Source: Podarcis muralis
Lineage: Eukaryota
Direction: 5' to 3'
NCBI RefSeq assembly: GCF_964188315.1
Contig: NC_135664.1
Span: 59,830,001-59,894,000 of the forward strand
DNA length: 64,000 nucleotides
Part shown: positions 24,109-36,504 of the stretch, piece by piece
Numbering within the stretch: position 1 is the first letter of the stretch
Layout: each line of letters starts with the position of its first letter
The notes under the pieces: generated by a model
Seen by the model: only the letters and a program-made list of their open reading frames with translations
Told to the model about the DNA's origin: nothing
The model's database searches: none
Position numbers and translations under genes: made by a program

Positions 24109-24821
24109 AAATAAACAGCTTTTCCACAAGCTGAAATTAGTGTTAGTAGGCCTCAGCGCTTTCCTTTTCTCCCACTTAAATGGTAACAATGAGAATCAAT
24201 GCCTGCAGTCAAGCTGTCATGAGCTTAACTACGTTTATTTGAATTTAATTTAAATATATATGCAGGGCATTCCTATGTATATTTACTACCCAGGTAGGTG
24301 GTAACTTCCACATTCTTTTTTCTTTTACCATCCCACAATGTCCGCCTGCACACTCCGCTGCAAATCTTGCTGTTCTTTGCCTAAGCAGTTTAAGCACAAT
24401 TAAGCCTAGCTCAGACAAGGAGAATGAAAGCAGAGTACGAAGGAAGTGGGGACGCTGAACAATAAACTCCAAAGGGGAAACCTCAAAGGAATAGGAAATC
24501 ACTAAGACAGACCAAATTGTTTTAACTTGGCAATAAAAACCACAGGAAATAAGTATCGGTCTGCGGCTCAGGCTCCAATTATCCACTAACGACTGGAAAT
24601 GTATTCTTCTTATTATAACCAGTTTATGACCTGCCTGCCCACCACCCCAAGTCCCAGCGTGGGTTGCAACAACTAAAGCACCATGTTAAATACAGTTTAA
24701 AGCCACTTACAACCACAGAAGTAAGGTGGGTCCAAAAAGCATACATCTCAGGTGTCAAAAGCCAAGGAGAGAGGTGTGCCACTTATCACCTACTGCAAGC
24801 GACCAGTGGCTGCCCTGATGC

Positions 24822-24865
<44 letters not shown>

Positions 24866-25250
24866 TTATTATTTGTACCCCGCCCATCTGGCTGGGTTTC
24901 CCCAGCCACTCTGGGCGGCTTCCATAGACACCAAAAATACACTAAACTATCACAGATTAAAAACTTCCCTGAAGAGGGCTGCCTTAAGATGTCTTCTGAA
25001 TGTCAAGTAGTTATTTATCGCTTTGACATCTGATGGGAGGGCGTTCCACAGGGCGGGCGCCACTACCGAGAAGGCCCTCTGCCTGGTTCCCTGTAGCTTT
25101 GCTTCTCGCAATGAGGGATCCGCCAGAAGGCCCTCGGTGCTGGACCTCAGCGTCTGGGCAAAACGATGGGGGTGGAGACGCTCCTTCAGGTATACTGGGC
25201 CGAGGCCGTTTAGGGCTTTAAAGGTCAACACCAGCACTTTGAATTGTGCT
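24822..25250 (-). mobile_element. 5'-truncated young L2 LINE (ORF2 C-terminus, 3'UTR, (ATT)n tail)
   Basis: ORF 24950-25237: FKALNGLGPVYLKERL...RAFSVVAPALWNALP...FRRHLKAALF; (AAT)n at 24822-24865. Confidence 0.92.
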
Positions 25251-27741
25251 CAACTATCAGTCATGGTGGCCGGGCTCGATGGGAGCTGGAGATCAACATC
25301 ACCTGGAGGGCTACAGCCTCTCCACACCTGCCTTAAGCAAAGCAAGCTGCAGTACTGTTGCTAAGGTATGGCTGCCACGCAATCTATGTGACTGTTTTAT
25401 ACATGCTTTTAATATACTGTAAATCCCTTTGGGATGTTCCATGGGAAGCAATTATAAATGAATTACTACTCCTACTCCTACTGAGTTCCCAGTCCAAATC
25501 CCAGGCTGCATATATTAATCTGTGGCAATATTGTAGATTCTATGCTTCACAGAGCCTGCAGTGAACTTTAAATGAAGCTTTAAAGTTCAAAGCTTTGGTA
25601 AATCTGTTTGTTTTAATTTTTGCATGTGGGGGCAATCACAAAACGTATTATGTTGTACAAAAATTAGGAGCAATCCTATACTGAATACAATGTGTGCAGA
25701 GAAAATGTTGGTCAAGTATGAGAAAAAAGCTTAATTGGTTAAATGGAGATAACAGAACCTATGTAACCGAACTATAAAATGATTGCAATGTTTACTGGTG
25801 CCACCTAGGGATTGCCACCAAACTTCCAATACAAAACAGTGCAGACATTTGTCAGAACTGGGAAAGTGAAATAGCTTTAGTTGCAAAGATTGCAAAATAC
25901 ACCAAAGTATTTAATTCATAGATTGGCAAGGGGATACAAAAAACCCCAACTTTTTTGTGGGGGGAGAGAAGGCACAATAAACACTCAGAAATCAAATTTA
26001 TATAAGGCTCCAAAGAAAGAGGCCAAAGAAATTGAATTTTCAAAATGCAAGGGAAGATAAATGCCTTTGCATTACTGATTCATTCATCCCATACTTTTGA
26101 CTACAGTTCTCCATCACTTTCCTAACCACAAAAAGTCCCTTCCTTTTTTAAAAGTAGACCTGTTACACTAGGGCGACTTTAACTGCTGAAACCTCAGGAA
26201 AGAATTCAACACTGTTTTAAGAGAAATGTTCCATCAGCACAAGCAGTTCAGCTTGTCAAATGGAATAATTTCAGGAGGTGGGCAAGGAGAGGAGAAGTCC
26301 CATTGTGCAAGCAGAAATCCTCAGGGTGGGTGGGGGGGCTTCTGCTGATGGGACACATTAGGTGAATCTCACCCTAAACTTTCTGGTACGCGCTTGAATC
26401 GCCAAGTAAAGATATGAAGGCTGTCAATTATATAAGGACAATAGTCATCATAATATCATCGTCACAGCCATGAAAAAACATATGTTCAAGTCAACAACCT
26501 AAAAAAATGATTAATGTTGCAAAGGTCATATTTATTAAGGAAGTAGCTGTCAACATCAAATTCTCAGCTCCCAAGTTCCAGGAAACACAAAACATTGTAT
26601 TTCCGGAAGCAGGAGTGAATGACAGTAGTTCTCTAGGTGGACTTTTTTGGCCAAGTTGAAAAGCAGAATACTAGCTGGCATCTATTAAAATTGGATGTGC
26701 TCCCTTTTAAATTTTTTGCTTTGTGGGCAATTATTTACACTGATTGCTTGCTCACCTCAAACTCCAATAGTAAGAATGAGGTCTTTGGTGATAATACACC
26801 TTAATACCTTTAGTTGGGTATGATACTTTTATTTTATTTTTAGCAGTTCTCATTGTCTGTTCAAGTTTCCAGCTGCTAAGTATCTGGGATGTAGGTTTGA
26901 CAAGAGCCCTTTTTTATTCCCGTCGCTTGTGGGAATCATCTTGCACCTCTAGCAGAGTTTGAAATTTCCCATGTGCCAGGCTCATTTTTCACCTGGCTAT
27001 CGGTCACTTGCAACCAAGTGAAGCCAGGAGCCAGCATGGCGTCTGACGTCTCCACCATCTGGAGGCGCATGTCTGAGGATCCTTAGATCTTGCCTGTTTT
27101 CACACACTAACAACACATCCTGTAGAATTCCGTCAGTGATATTTTATCTGCACAATCAGAATGAACCCAAGAGTTGCATTGAAAAATATGCTTTTGAGCT
27201 ATCTGGCCCCTAAATGGCAACTAAACATTCCATTTTGGCATCTGTAACCCTGGTTTAAGGACCCACCTGGGTCCTTATATCTGAGTTTCTAACACTGACT
27301 CTAGACTGTGATTCAGGGGGCTTGCAGTGTTGTTTTCATTTATGATTACATTCACAGTGTCTACTCACAGGCTCACTAGCACAGAGCTAACTGCTCACAG
27401 GAAAGAGACCTACCCATGTGAACCATTGAGTGAAGCCTGTCAAATGCGAAGAGGTGTTTGCGCAGAGGACAGACAGCCTGAACAGCTCACGTGCTGCCAA
27501 CTTGCAAAACTTTTTTTTTTTTTTTGCCTCAGGTAGTTTAACTGTCAGCTGCACACCTCAAGACAGGTGGTGGTGGAGAAACAGATAAGAGATATAGCAA
27601 GTAGATGCTGAAAAAAGTCTTACTGTTCCAAATGTAACAGAGACCAATCTTATCCAAACCCACAGGAGACTTCAGATATTCAGAGGGTAACAGGAGCACA
27701 AACGTGTGCAAATAATTCACACAAGCACGAAGTTCCTATGG

Positions 27742-27864
27742 TAAGGTTACCAGATTTTTTCCGATGACTCCAGGGACACTTTTCAACTTCAATGGATTTT
27801 GTATGGGGACTGATTTGTAAATCTGGGGACTGTCCCCGGGAAACGGGGACGTCTGGTAACCTTA
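27742..27864. mobile_element. hAT MITE with perfect 8-bp TSD
   Basis: TIR TAAGGTTACCAGA / TCTGGTAACCTTA; TSD TCCTATGG at 27734-41 and 27865-72. Confidence 0.9.
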
Positions 27865-29390
27865 TCCTATGGGTTATGGCCTCTATTCTCACACCCTGGC
27901 TCCAGAAGAAGCTTCTTGCAAGACACACCTGCCTCCAACCACAGTGGCAAAAGGGAAATATAATTGAGGCTTCTCAATTTACTCAATGGGTCACTGGCCA
28001 AAAAGATTGTTATTAATAAAAAGAATAATATTCCAAGGTTGAAGTTAGACCCAAATTCACTTTGGAAAAGGAGGCCATTTCCTCCAATTATGAGCAAACG
28101 TGAGGAGATTCTGCTGCAGGGGTGAGCTCAATTTTCCTCACATTTGCTCTTGTAATGAAACATACAGACTCCAAATCAAATACAGCAGCTCCCTCTCTAG
28201 TGCATCAGGCATGCTGTCCACATTGTTTTTTATTTCAAGTGCCTTATGTGCATGTTTGTTTCATGCTTTAAAAAAAAATTGGGGGGTGGGGTGGTGGGTA
28301 GAGGAAGAAAATGTGGCTTTGTAACTAATACAAAGGCCAGACTATCAAAGTGGTAAAAATCTGGCTTCTGCTGAAAACTGCTGGTTTCCTCCAACCAAAA
28401 TGTCCACTGCAGACTGGCTGCAAAAATGATGTACTTCTGCATGCAAGCTAAACTTCTGTGAAACCCACTATCAAATCCAAATGCATACAAGAATATTATC
28501 ACACTCTGAAAAGTGAGTAAACTCAGCACTGTTCAAAGTTGTAACACAAAAGTAGAATACATGCAACCTGAATCAGGTCCAAAACACTTGTGTGTATTCT
28601 TCGGCACTTACCCCTTTAAAATATTAGCAAGGTGGGAGAAATCCTTTCCTAACGCTGCTTACCTGCATTTTAGAGAAACAAGTGCCATATCACACACTTC
28701 AGACCCCAAGCAACCACTTATGGCCTCTATGGTGGATGGGAAAGAAAGGCGGTTGCAGGACCACTCTTCCTATTTCCTTGACAAACCTATTCATCACTGA
28801 GGCTTCTGCAGCTGTTGTTATGTGAAGCAGGGACTGAATATGACACATGCAATGGTAGCAAGTGAAGCTGGGAAAATGCCTAGAACTCCCTTGCCTCCCA
28901 GTAATCTTGGCAGGCTCTGAGGTACTTTAGCTACAGAAATGCTCGTTCCCAACATTGTCACATTTAGGTGTGACTGTGGACATGAACATTAAGATCAAGC
29001 TTGGGGCTAAAAATTAAGATAAAGCTTGATTTGGAGAAAAAGCTCAGTGTCACCTCCCTCCAGCTGTGTCCCACTTTATCCTAAGGTAAAGTGAGTCAGT
29101 TGTTGCCATTCATCCCTATGGGTAAAGTATAGCACTGCATTCAGGAATGTGATTGTGATATAATGTCTCACCCCATTCCACTCTTGATGTAACAAGGTGG
29201 TCTTGCACCACTAGGAATCTGGGGCAGGTGGGAAGAGAAAGTGAGAGGATGTGTGAGATGAACTGTGCTTCCAATATTTACGCTCTTCCTACACACACAC
29301 ACACACACTGCCTGCCACAATAAAATTTTTTTAAAAAGTTATATAAACAAAACCTAATTTCTCGCTTCTTGTTGTTTGGTCAAACTGCAC

Positions 29391-29590
29391 TAGGAATTGA
29401 GAATCTGTGGCCCTCCAGATTTTTTATTTTATTTCTTTATTTCAACATTTAGATACTGCTTAGTAAGTAAATCAAAACAGTGATTTCCTGGACTCCAATT
29501 CCCATTAGCCCCAGCAAACATGCCCAAAGATCAGGGATTATGTGAGCTACAGTTCAACAATACCTAAAGGAAGAGAAATTGGAGAACTGT
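29391..29590. mobile_element. decayed hAT MITE (23973 family)
   Basis: tgtggccctccagat...ctccaattcccattagcccc...gagctacagttcaacaa blocks. Confidence 0.55.
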
Positions 29591-31094
29591 CAGGGCTTTG
29601 GCGGGGTGCCAGTTAACTTTTTCCCTAGGCTGATGTATTTATATTGCAACTACAATTGAGAAAAGAAAGGAGAGAGAACAACTGGAGCGACATGGGACTT
29701 TCTGGACAAATGGATTAACATTTGGCAAAGAAAGAAGAAAAATTATGGACAAATAATTACTACACGCAGTAGCAAAAGGATATAGATCTTCATTTGTGGA
29801 CTAACAAATTATTGAATGTGTTAATACAAATAGAAGTTATAAACGTTGCAGCTGCTGAATGGATTATAGAGTAATTACGATTGGAATACAACTGGATTAA
29901 GTGAGACTTTGGAAGCAGATTTTTTTTAAAAAAACAAGCCTGTAATTCTAGCACGCGGGGGGGGGGGGGGGCACCAAAATTATACAATTGGGTATTTGAT
30001 TTGGTATTGTGATTTGATATAGATATAATGAGGTGTATTTTGGATTTGGAAACTCATAAAAATTATTGTAAAAAAAATACAGTTCAACTATCTCTAGAGC
30101 TGGGGTTCCCATGGGCACCCAAAAGACACCCCTAATAACACTTGCCACGGCCCCCTGCAACTCCCTATTTTATATATAAATACATATTAAAGGGGGAGGT
30201 TGTATTTATTTTGAGGCAGTGCAAATGTTTTTGCTTGTTTTGGCAGCTTATGCGAAACGGGTATTTTTTTCATGCTCGTTTCTGTTTCTTAGATTTCCAG
30301 AAGTGCTTTAGGGCTAGAAAGATTGGGGACCCCAGATCTACAGGACCTGCAGTACATCCTCCTGCCTGCATCTGGCAAATGCAGCCAGGGCACCACAGCC
30401 ATACAGGGTTCTCCCTCAGGACCCAACCAAGGAAAGTAAACAAGTTGCGGCAGCTGCTGTTTCTGCATCTCCTGGCTGCTGACTTTCCTGCTCCATCCAT
30501 GCTTGCAGGGAGAGGGGTACTGGCAGCAGGGAGCCCTGCCCCATGAAGGGAGCCCCCAAGGTCCTGGCTGAACATGCCACTGTGGGCATCTCTCAAGCAG
30601 CCAAAGAGGCCTCTTGTTCCCCCAGCTCGGCCTGCCCAGTCCAGGAGCCGACAAGGCGCCCCGAGGCCTGCCCTACCCCTGACCACCATCACAACCACGG
30701 TTATTTCCGGACACCCCCAGTGGGGAATTTTTTGGGCAACGTCTGCCTGGGACGTGCGCGTGTCCTGCAAATACCTCGAAATGGGAGGAAAAAAATAGGA
30801 AAACCGCGCAACAAAACACGAGGCGGGAAACCCAGAAAGAGCAACCGCACCCACCCAATGCTAAAAACAGAATAATAAACCGAATTAATCGGCTGTCCTC
30901 TGTCTTTTCATGGCACTTCGAGGAGTCTCCCTCAAAAGCGCACACACAAAAGCCCTCAGGAAGGGAAGACCAGACAAGGAGCGAATGCTTTAAGAAAACG
31001 GCGCGTTCCCTTCGGCAATACTTTTCAAGCGTAGCTGCGGGCTAATAGTCTTGCCACGCCTATTGAAAACGAATAGCAACATTTGGCGCAACTA

Positions 31095-31320
31095 CAGTGG
31101 TACCTCAGGTTACATACGCTTCAGGTTACAGACTCCGCTAACCCAGAAATAGTGCTTCAGGTTAAGAACTTTGCTTCAGGATGAGAACAGAAATCGTGCT
31201 CCGGCGGTGCAGCGGCAGCAGGAGGCCCCATTAGCTAAAGCGGTGCTTCAGGTTAAGAACAGTTTTAGGTTAAGAACGGGCCTCCGGAACGAATTAAGTA
31301 CTTAACCTGAGGTACCACTG
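31095..31320. mobile_element. Tc1/mariner MITE (10614 family, opposite orientation) within BID CpG island / intron 1
   Basis: TA-CAGTGGTACCTCAGGTT ... AACCTGAGGTACCACTG-TA. Confidence 0.93.
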
Positions 31321-31668
31321 TATATGCTACTGCCACAGAATTGGGCTGCGCACACAGAGAGAGGGAAGAGCCACGAGGAAGCGCCTCCAGAACATCAAGC
31401 AAGCGGGTCTCGCCTATGGCTGAACTAGTGAAGGAAGCGCGGGGAGGAGGAGGATTCCAGTTAGTGCATTTTCAACATTCCCAAGCATTTCTGACTCTCT
31501 TTTTAGGCCGGAGATCTTTCGGCGGGGGGTGGGGGGTGAGGGAGGGGGCACTGCCTACCGGCCGCCAGCAAAGCCCCCCATGGCGACCACACCCTCGCGC
31601 GCGCGCCGGGGAAAGAGGGTCTCTCCAAAGCGGGGCGCGGGAAACCCCGCTTCTCCGAAGCCACTCAC

Positions 31669-31810
31669 CATGCAAAGCGGCTCTGCCCAGCTCAGGTCCC
31701 GCAGCCCCGCCGCCTGCTTGCTTGCTTGCTCGCTCTTTCCTTTTTTCGTCCGCTCCGCTCCGAGCAGCGGATTCGCCACCGCGAGACTGACTTCACTTCC
31801 TCCTCGCGCC
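31669..31810 (-). other. BID: BID non-coding first exon (5' end approximate)
   Basis: Inside the CpG island; consensus donor ATG|GTGAGT at 31668-31663. The TSS is not determinable from sequence. Confidence 0.7.
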
Positions 31811-32384
31811 GCTTTTCGCGGTGCGCTCCTCCCCTCCAAATCCCGCTTTTTAAAGCGACACGGGCCCCTTTCGCGAGCGGGCCTTTCCCACGAGTTGTAC
31901 CTTGGTCTAGGGAAGAAGTGCTGGCAGCGGGGCGGCGACGGGGATTACACATTTCTGATTCAGCGACGTCCAGCCAAGGCGCTGCTCTGCGCTTCTGAGA
32001 ACAAGCTTTCCAAGAAGCGATTTGCCCGCCGCGTCCCGTCCAATGCGCCGGGTTATTCGGGCTATGGCGCGCTTCAAGGCAGCCTTCTGATCGCGGGAGC
32101 TTTGAACTTCTGGCCCAAGTTTTTAATGCCTGCTGAAAACTTCCCTGCTCCGCCAGGCCTCTGCAGTCAATTAAGAATCCTATGTCTGCTTTTAACTTCC
32201 TTACGGTTTTTATGCTTTATTGTTGTAAACTGCCTTGTTATATTTTTAAATGACATAGCGGTATATAATTTTTTAAATATATGACCAAACATATGATTAA
32301 TCAGATAATTCTGCATCAGTTTACATAGTTTATTGCAGTAATGGTGAGGTGGGCCAGAATACCCGTGTCACACTCGCAGTTATG

Positions 32385-32725
32385 GCCAGTGTGGTGTAAT
32401 GGTTAGAGCAGCCTTCCTGAACTTGACGCTATCCAAAAGTTTTGGACTCTGCAGCCAACATGGCCAGGGGTCAAGGAGAATGGGAGCTGTAGTCCAGCAA
32501 CATCCAGTGGGAACCAAGACATGGGGAAGTCTGGGTTAGATTAGGCCTAAGGAGACCCAGGTTAAAATCCCCACTAAGCCATGAAGCCAACTGGAAGACT
32601 TTGGGCCAGATGCCATCTTTCAGCCTAACCTACCTTACAGGGCTGTTGTGAGGATAAAATGGGGAGGAGACTCACATATACCATCCTCCGCTTCTTGGAG
32701 GGGGCACAGGAAGTAAATGGCTAAT
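32385..32725 (+). mobile_element. CORE/MIR-like SINE interrupted by a hAT MITE (32409-32533)
   Basis: SINE head ggccagtgtggtgtaatggttagag; MITE with cagccttcc/ggaagtctg termini and TSD GGTTAGAG/GGTTAGAT; SINE core resumes with cagcctaacctaccttacaggg. Confidence 0.75.
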
Positions 32726-34439
32726 GACTGGGTGGGTGGGGTAAACTTCCCCCCTTTTTGTCAGTGGATTGCATTTTATTGATTTATAAGTTTTATAAAC
32801 TGCCTGAAGGACTTTGTTGATGGACAAAATAAAAATGGCATAAATAAATACTTTGAAAATAAACGAATGTTCACACAAAGCAATATATCGGAAGAGGCAT
32901 TCCCTCCAAGGTGTGACATAATAATAATAATGAAACTCTTCTAATACAACAGCTGTCACCCACAGACTTCGAAGTAGCAGCAAGTTACTTTAAAAATGTC
33001 CAAAGTTGGCCTGCCATGCCTTATACTTTAACGCTATCTGCTCTGGAAACTTACTTTGAAAACAGTTCTAAAAATTGCAATGAAACTGCCTGAATCATTG
33101 CAGCAGGCAAGCAAGGTGGGAGTGCTAATTTGCAAAAAGATGAGGCAGTCAGTGTTTTGGAGGCAGGAAGGTAGGGAAGGAAGGAGTGTGTGAAATATGC
33201 CTGTGCATCCTCAGCTATCCTTCTGCCCTCAGGTGACAGTGGCAACACTGGCATCACCAATGTAGAACTAGGATTTAAATGCCTCTCCAGTTGGGTATTG
33301 TACACGGAAAACACCAAAATACGTTGTGAGTCTGAGAAGCAGCAGCTTGCTTACAGCGACCTGTTGAGTTGATGGCAGATAAGAGATTTGACTTGCTTGT
33401 TCAGTTTGCAACCCTGTGCAGACTTACATGGGAGTAAGTTAGACCTGATCTCTGTTCATGTGATTGCTAAGGAAATGAAGCAGCCCTGCAGATGTTCTCT
33501 AGAGAACACATGCAGGGTGAGAGTCTGATGCTTCCTTCCATTGGCTGTGGGCTCAGCTGTTTTAGCCAATGCCGTTTCCCCTTCCTGAAGACGGCAGGTG
33601 TGGGCTCAGTGGGGAAGAATTTGGGAATTCCCCTGCTGAACAGGTGAGCAGGGACACTGGGGGAATCCTCTGTTTCTGCCCCACTGAAAGAATGAAACGT
33701 CTTTAAAAAGTAATGCAATGAGGTGCTTTCCTCACTGACTCATACTATGTCTCGTGGTGCTGCAGGAGCATGCAGTTGTTATGCTGAGTTCCCAAGACTG
33801 CCGCACATGAAAAAGCAAAGGTGCTATCGATGGCTGTGTGCCGCTGGAGAGGTGGGGAGAGAGTTGCCACCTCTTCTCTAAAGTCACAGTTGTCAAAGTG
33901 TGCAAGAAGTGCAAGATGGACCCCAAGGTAACAAAGGCAGGGACAGAAAACAAAAGCAGGAAGAGAGTTCTGCTTACCGATACATGTAATAGGTTTTTGC
34001 TTGTCTTTCTGCTTTTATCAAAGGAAGACCCTTTTCTGAAGAACTAATAAAGTGACATATAAAAGTTTTTTGCAGCGCCTACCTGCCATCAAAATGACAG
34101 CCTGTACTCCCCACCTCCCACATTTAATCTGAATTTACTATTCCCAGGGTGGGAATGGGGGAATCCGGTAAGTTAAAAAACAACAACCCTGCTGCTAGCA
34201 ACTTATTTATGATATCTAAATGAACAATTTGCAGTATTAAGCCCCCATCTGAAAGCATCCTGATACTGCATATGTAATTATAAAAGGATCGGGTGTGTGT
34301 GTGTGTGAATCCTTTTAGGCAGGTTCTAGATCTGGCATTCAAAGCAGTTGCCCTAATGGTTTCTTATCTCTGCTAAGGAGAAAAAGTAGGTCTTTCAAAT
34401 ATACCCCCTAGTTTAATAAATCATGATAAAAATATAAAA

Positions 34440-34670
34440 ACTGCTCCTTCTTAGGAATGCTTCTTCATAACACTGTGACATAGCAACTTTAAAACAAGGG
34501 ACTGTGCCAGTTTTATCAGCATGTAGTTCAAAGGGTTCATTTACTTGGAATAGAAAGGGGTGGGGCGAGAATGCGGCTTAGACTCGAACTGCAGATTCAT
34601 ACATTTCAAAATCTTCCCAACACTGTCTTCTGAACTTCCTCTTTCCTAGCAATAGAAAGTGAAACTGACA
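34440..34670. promoter_or_regulatory. candidate immune enhancer about 2.9 kb upstream of BID (PU.1 + ISRE cluster)
   Basis: TTCTTAGGAA (34448-57), GGGGTGGGGC (about 34557-66), AAAGAGGAAGT on minus (34634-44), AGAAAGTGAAACTG (34654-67). Confidence 0.45.
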
Positions 34671-34908
34671 GCTGTTTTTAGCATGTCTGAACTGAGAAGT
34701 TATGAACTGTGTATGTATGCTTCACCCCCAACTCCTATCTGATAACAGTACTCACAACTACCCTGCCACGTAGGTTAGGCCAAGAGAGACTTGGCTGTGT
34801 CTCAAGGTCACCCAGGAAGCATCAGGGCTATCTACGAATCTGAACTTGGGACTCCTTCAATACTTAGTGCCGTGTCATATTGCCTGAACTGACAGTATAT
34901 AAATGCAT

Positions 34909-34912
<4 letters not shown>

Positions 34913-34946
<34 letters not shown>
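34913..34946. repeat. (AT)17 microsatellite with GCAT-type flanks
   Basis: Direct reading. Confidence 0.95.
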
Positions 34947-34949
<3 letters not shown>

Positions 34950-35761
34950 TGCATATGCCAATGTTTTAATTTTATTGATTAAATAGTTATTCTGTCCTTC
35001 CTCACAGAGGAGACCAGGGAAGCAAAAACAAGCGAGAAAGCCATAAAAATGTCTTACAGCCCATTCCAGTACAGATGCAGACAGTGAAAGATCTCAACTT
35101 AAAAGGCTTGTTGAAAGAGAAGGGACTTCACTATTCAAGCGGAGGGGATTCCAAGGGTTGGTTCCACAACCGAGGTGCTGGAAACTGAGTTCCGCAAGTT
35201 CCGGCTGAAAAAAAGCCCTGGCTCTGCAGATTCACTTATCCGAATATCCGGCTTTCTTACTTTCTTGGTTGTTTCTGCTGTGCTGGTCAGTGGTGGCCAG
35301 TTTCAGGCAGCAACTATGGAAGAGGGGAGTGATAGCGGATGAATCAGAGAGCAGGGGCAAAAATCAGACAAATCAGGGAGCAGAAAAAGTCAGACAAATC
35401 AGATTGGGGTTTTTTTTTGTTTTTACTTTGCCTCTCTTTTGCTGATTGGCTGTGGTGATTTCAGGAAGAAACCATGGGCAGAGGGGTGGGGTTGAGGAGA
35501 GACATAGCAAACCCTGCATTACAAGTGTCCCCATAAGAAATAATGGAAATTGTGGGACACATTGTGGACACATTGTGATGGTTAAGCAGGAGTTGCGTGT
35601 ATATGCTATTTACATGATTTATTATATTTGTTTTGATATGCTCTGAAGGCAGCTTTTAAGTAAAAAATTGGCCATAGCACGTCAGGCTGCTCTGGAAACA
35701 AAATCAAAATTTTCAGCATCTTGAGATACATCCTCTTTTGCGTTGGGGTATTATATATATA

Positions 35762-36115
35762 GGGACGCGGGTGGCGCTGTGGGTAAAAGCCTCAGCGCCT
35801 AGGGCTTGCCGATCGAAAGGTCGGCGGTTCGAATCCCCGCGGTGGGGTGCGCTCCCGTTGCTCGGTCCCAGCGCCTGCCAACAGCAGTTCGAAAGCACCC
35901 CCGGGTGCAAGTAGATAAATAGGGACCGCTTACCAGCGGGAAGGTAAACGGCGTTCCGTGTGCTGCGCTGGCTCGCCAGATGCAGCTTGTCACGCTGGCC
36001 AAGTGACCCGGAAGTGTCTCCGGACAGCGCTGGCCCCCGGCCTATAGAGTGAGATGGGCGCACAACCCTAGAGTCTGTCAAGACTGGCCCGTACGGGCAG
36101 GGGTACCTTTACCTT
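35762..36115 (+). mobile_element. full-length Sauria (Squam1) SINE with 13-bp TSD
   Basis: gggacgcgggtggcgctg head, gggtacctttaccttt tail; TSD TATTATATATATA at 35749-61 and 36116-28. Confidence 0.95.
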
Positions 36116-36504
36116 TATTATATATATAAATGACACGTCCACCATGTTATAGAACTTAAGCCACCAATGCAACACTGGAAACACATCATACGAGTTGTGG
36201 TGGATAATTAGGAAAGCAATAGAAAATAAAATTGCCAATATGGTATAGCGTCTTTATAAAAAGTCTATGGTGCTCTCAAACTTGTAATACTGGGGTTTGT
36301 GCTATAGTGGTGCTATTGACATTCTGCTCATGCAATAGGACTTCTAATTCCTCTCCTATCCCTCCTCCCCCCCCTAAATGAAAAATGTTCCAGATGGTCC
36401 GCCAACCCTCTAGAACAGATTTTTAAGGGGAGAGAAGGGGCAGTACTGTTGCACAAGTGTAAGACTTGCAGGAGCAAAATGGCAGCATTGTACACAACCG
36501 TGTA

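Larger units (their letters stand above)
30620..32160. promoter_or_regulatory. CpG island / BID promoter and start of intron 1
   Basis: Sharp rise in GC and CpG density against AT-rich flanks; overlaps BID exon 1; GC-box-like, ETS and kB motifs present. Confidence 0.85.

Noticed and set aside
20462-30600. p53 half-sites (GGACATGTTC at 20462, AAACATGCCC at 29516, GAACATGCCA near 30570), checked because mammalian BID is p53-responsive
   Set aside because: Only isolated half-sites; one lies in a coding exon and one in a MITE. No adjacent pair.
30270-32284. Long ORFs (194 aa minus, 251 aa plus, others) across the CpG island
   Set aside because: GC-rich, stop-poor promoter DNA; low-complexity Arg/Pro/Ala translations with no domain.
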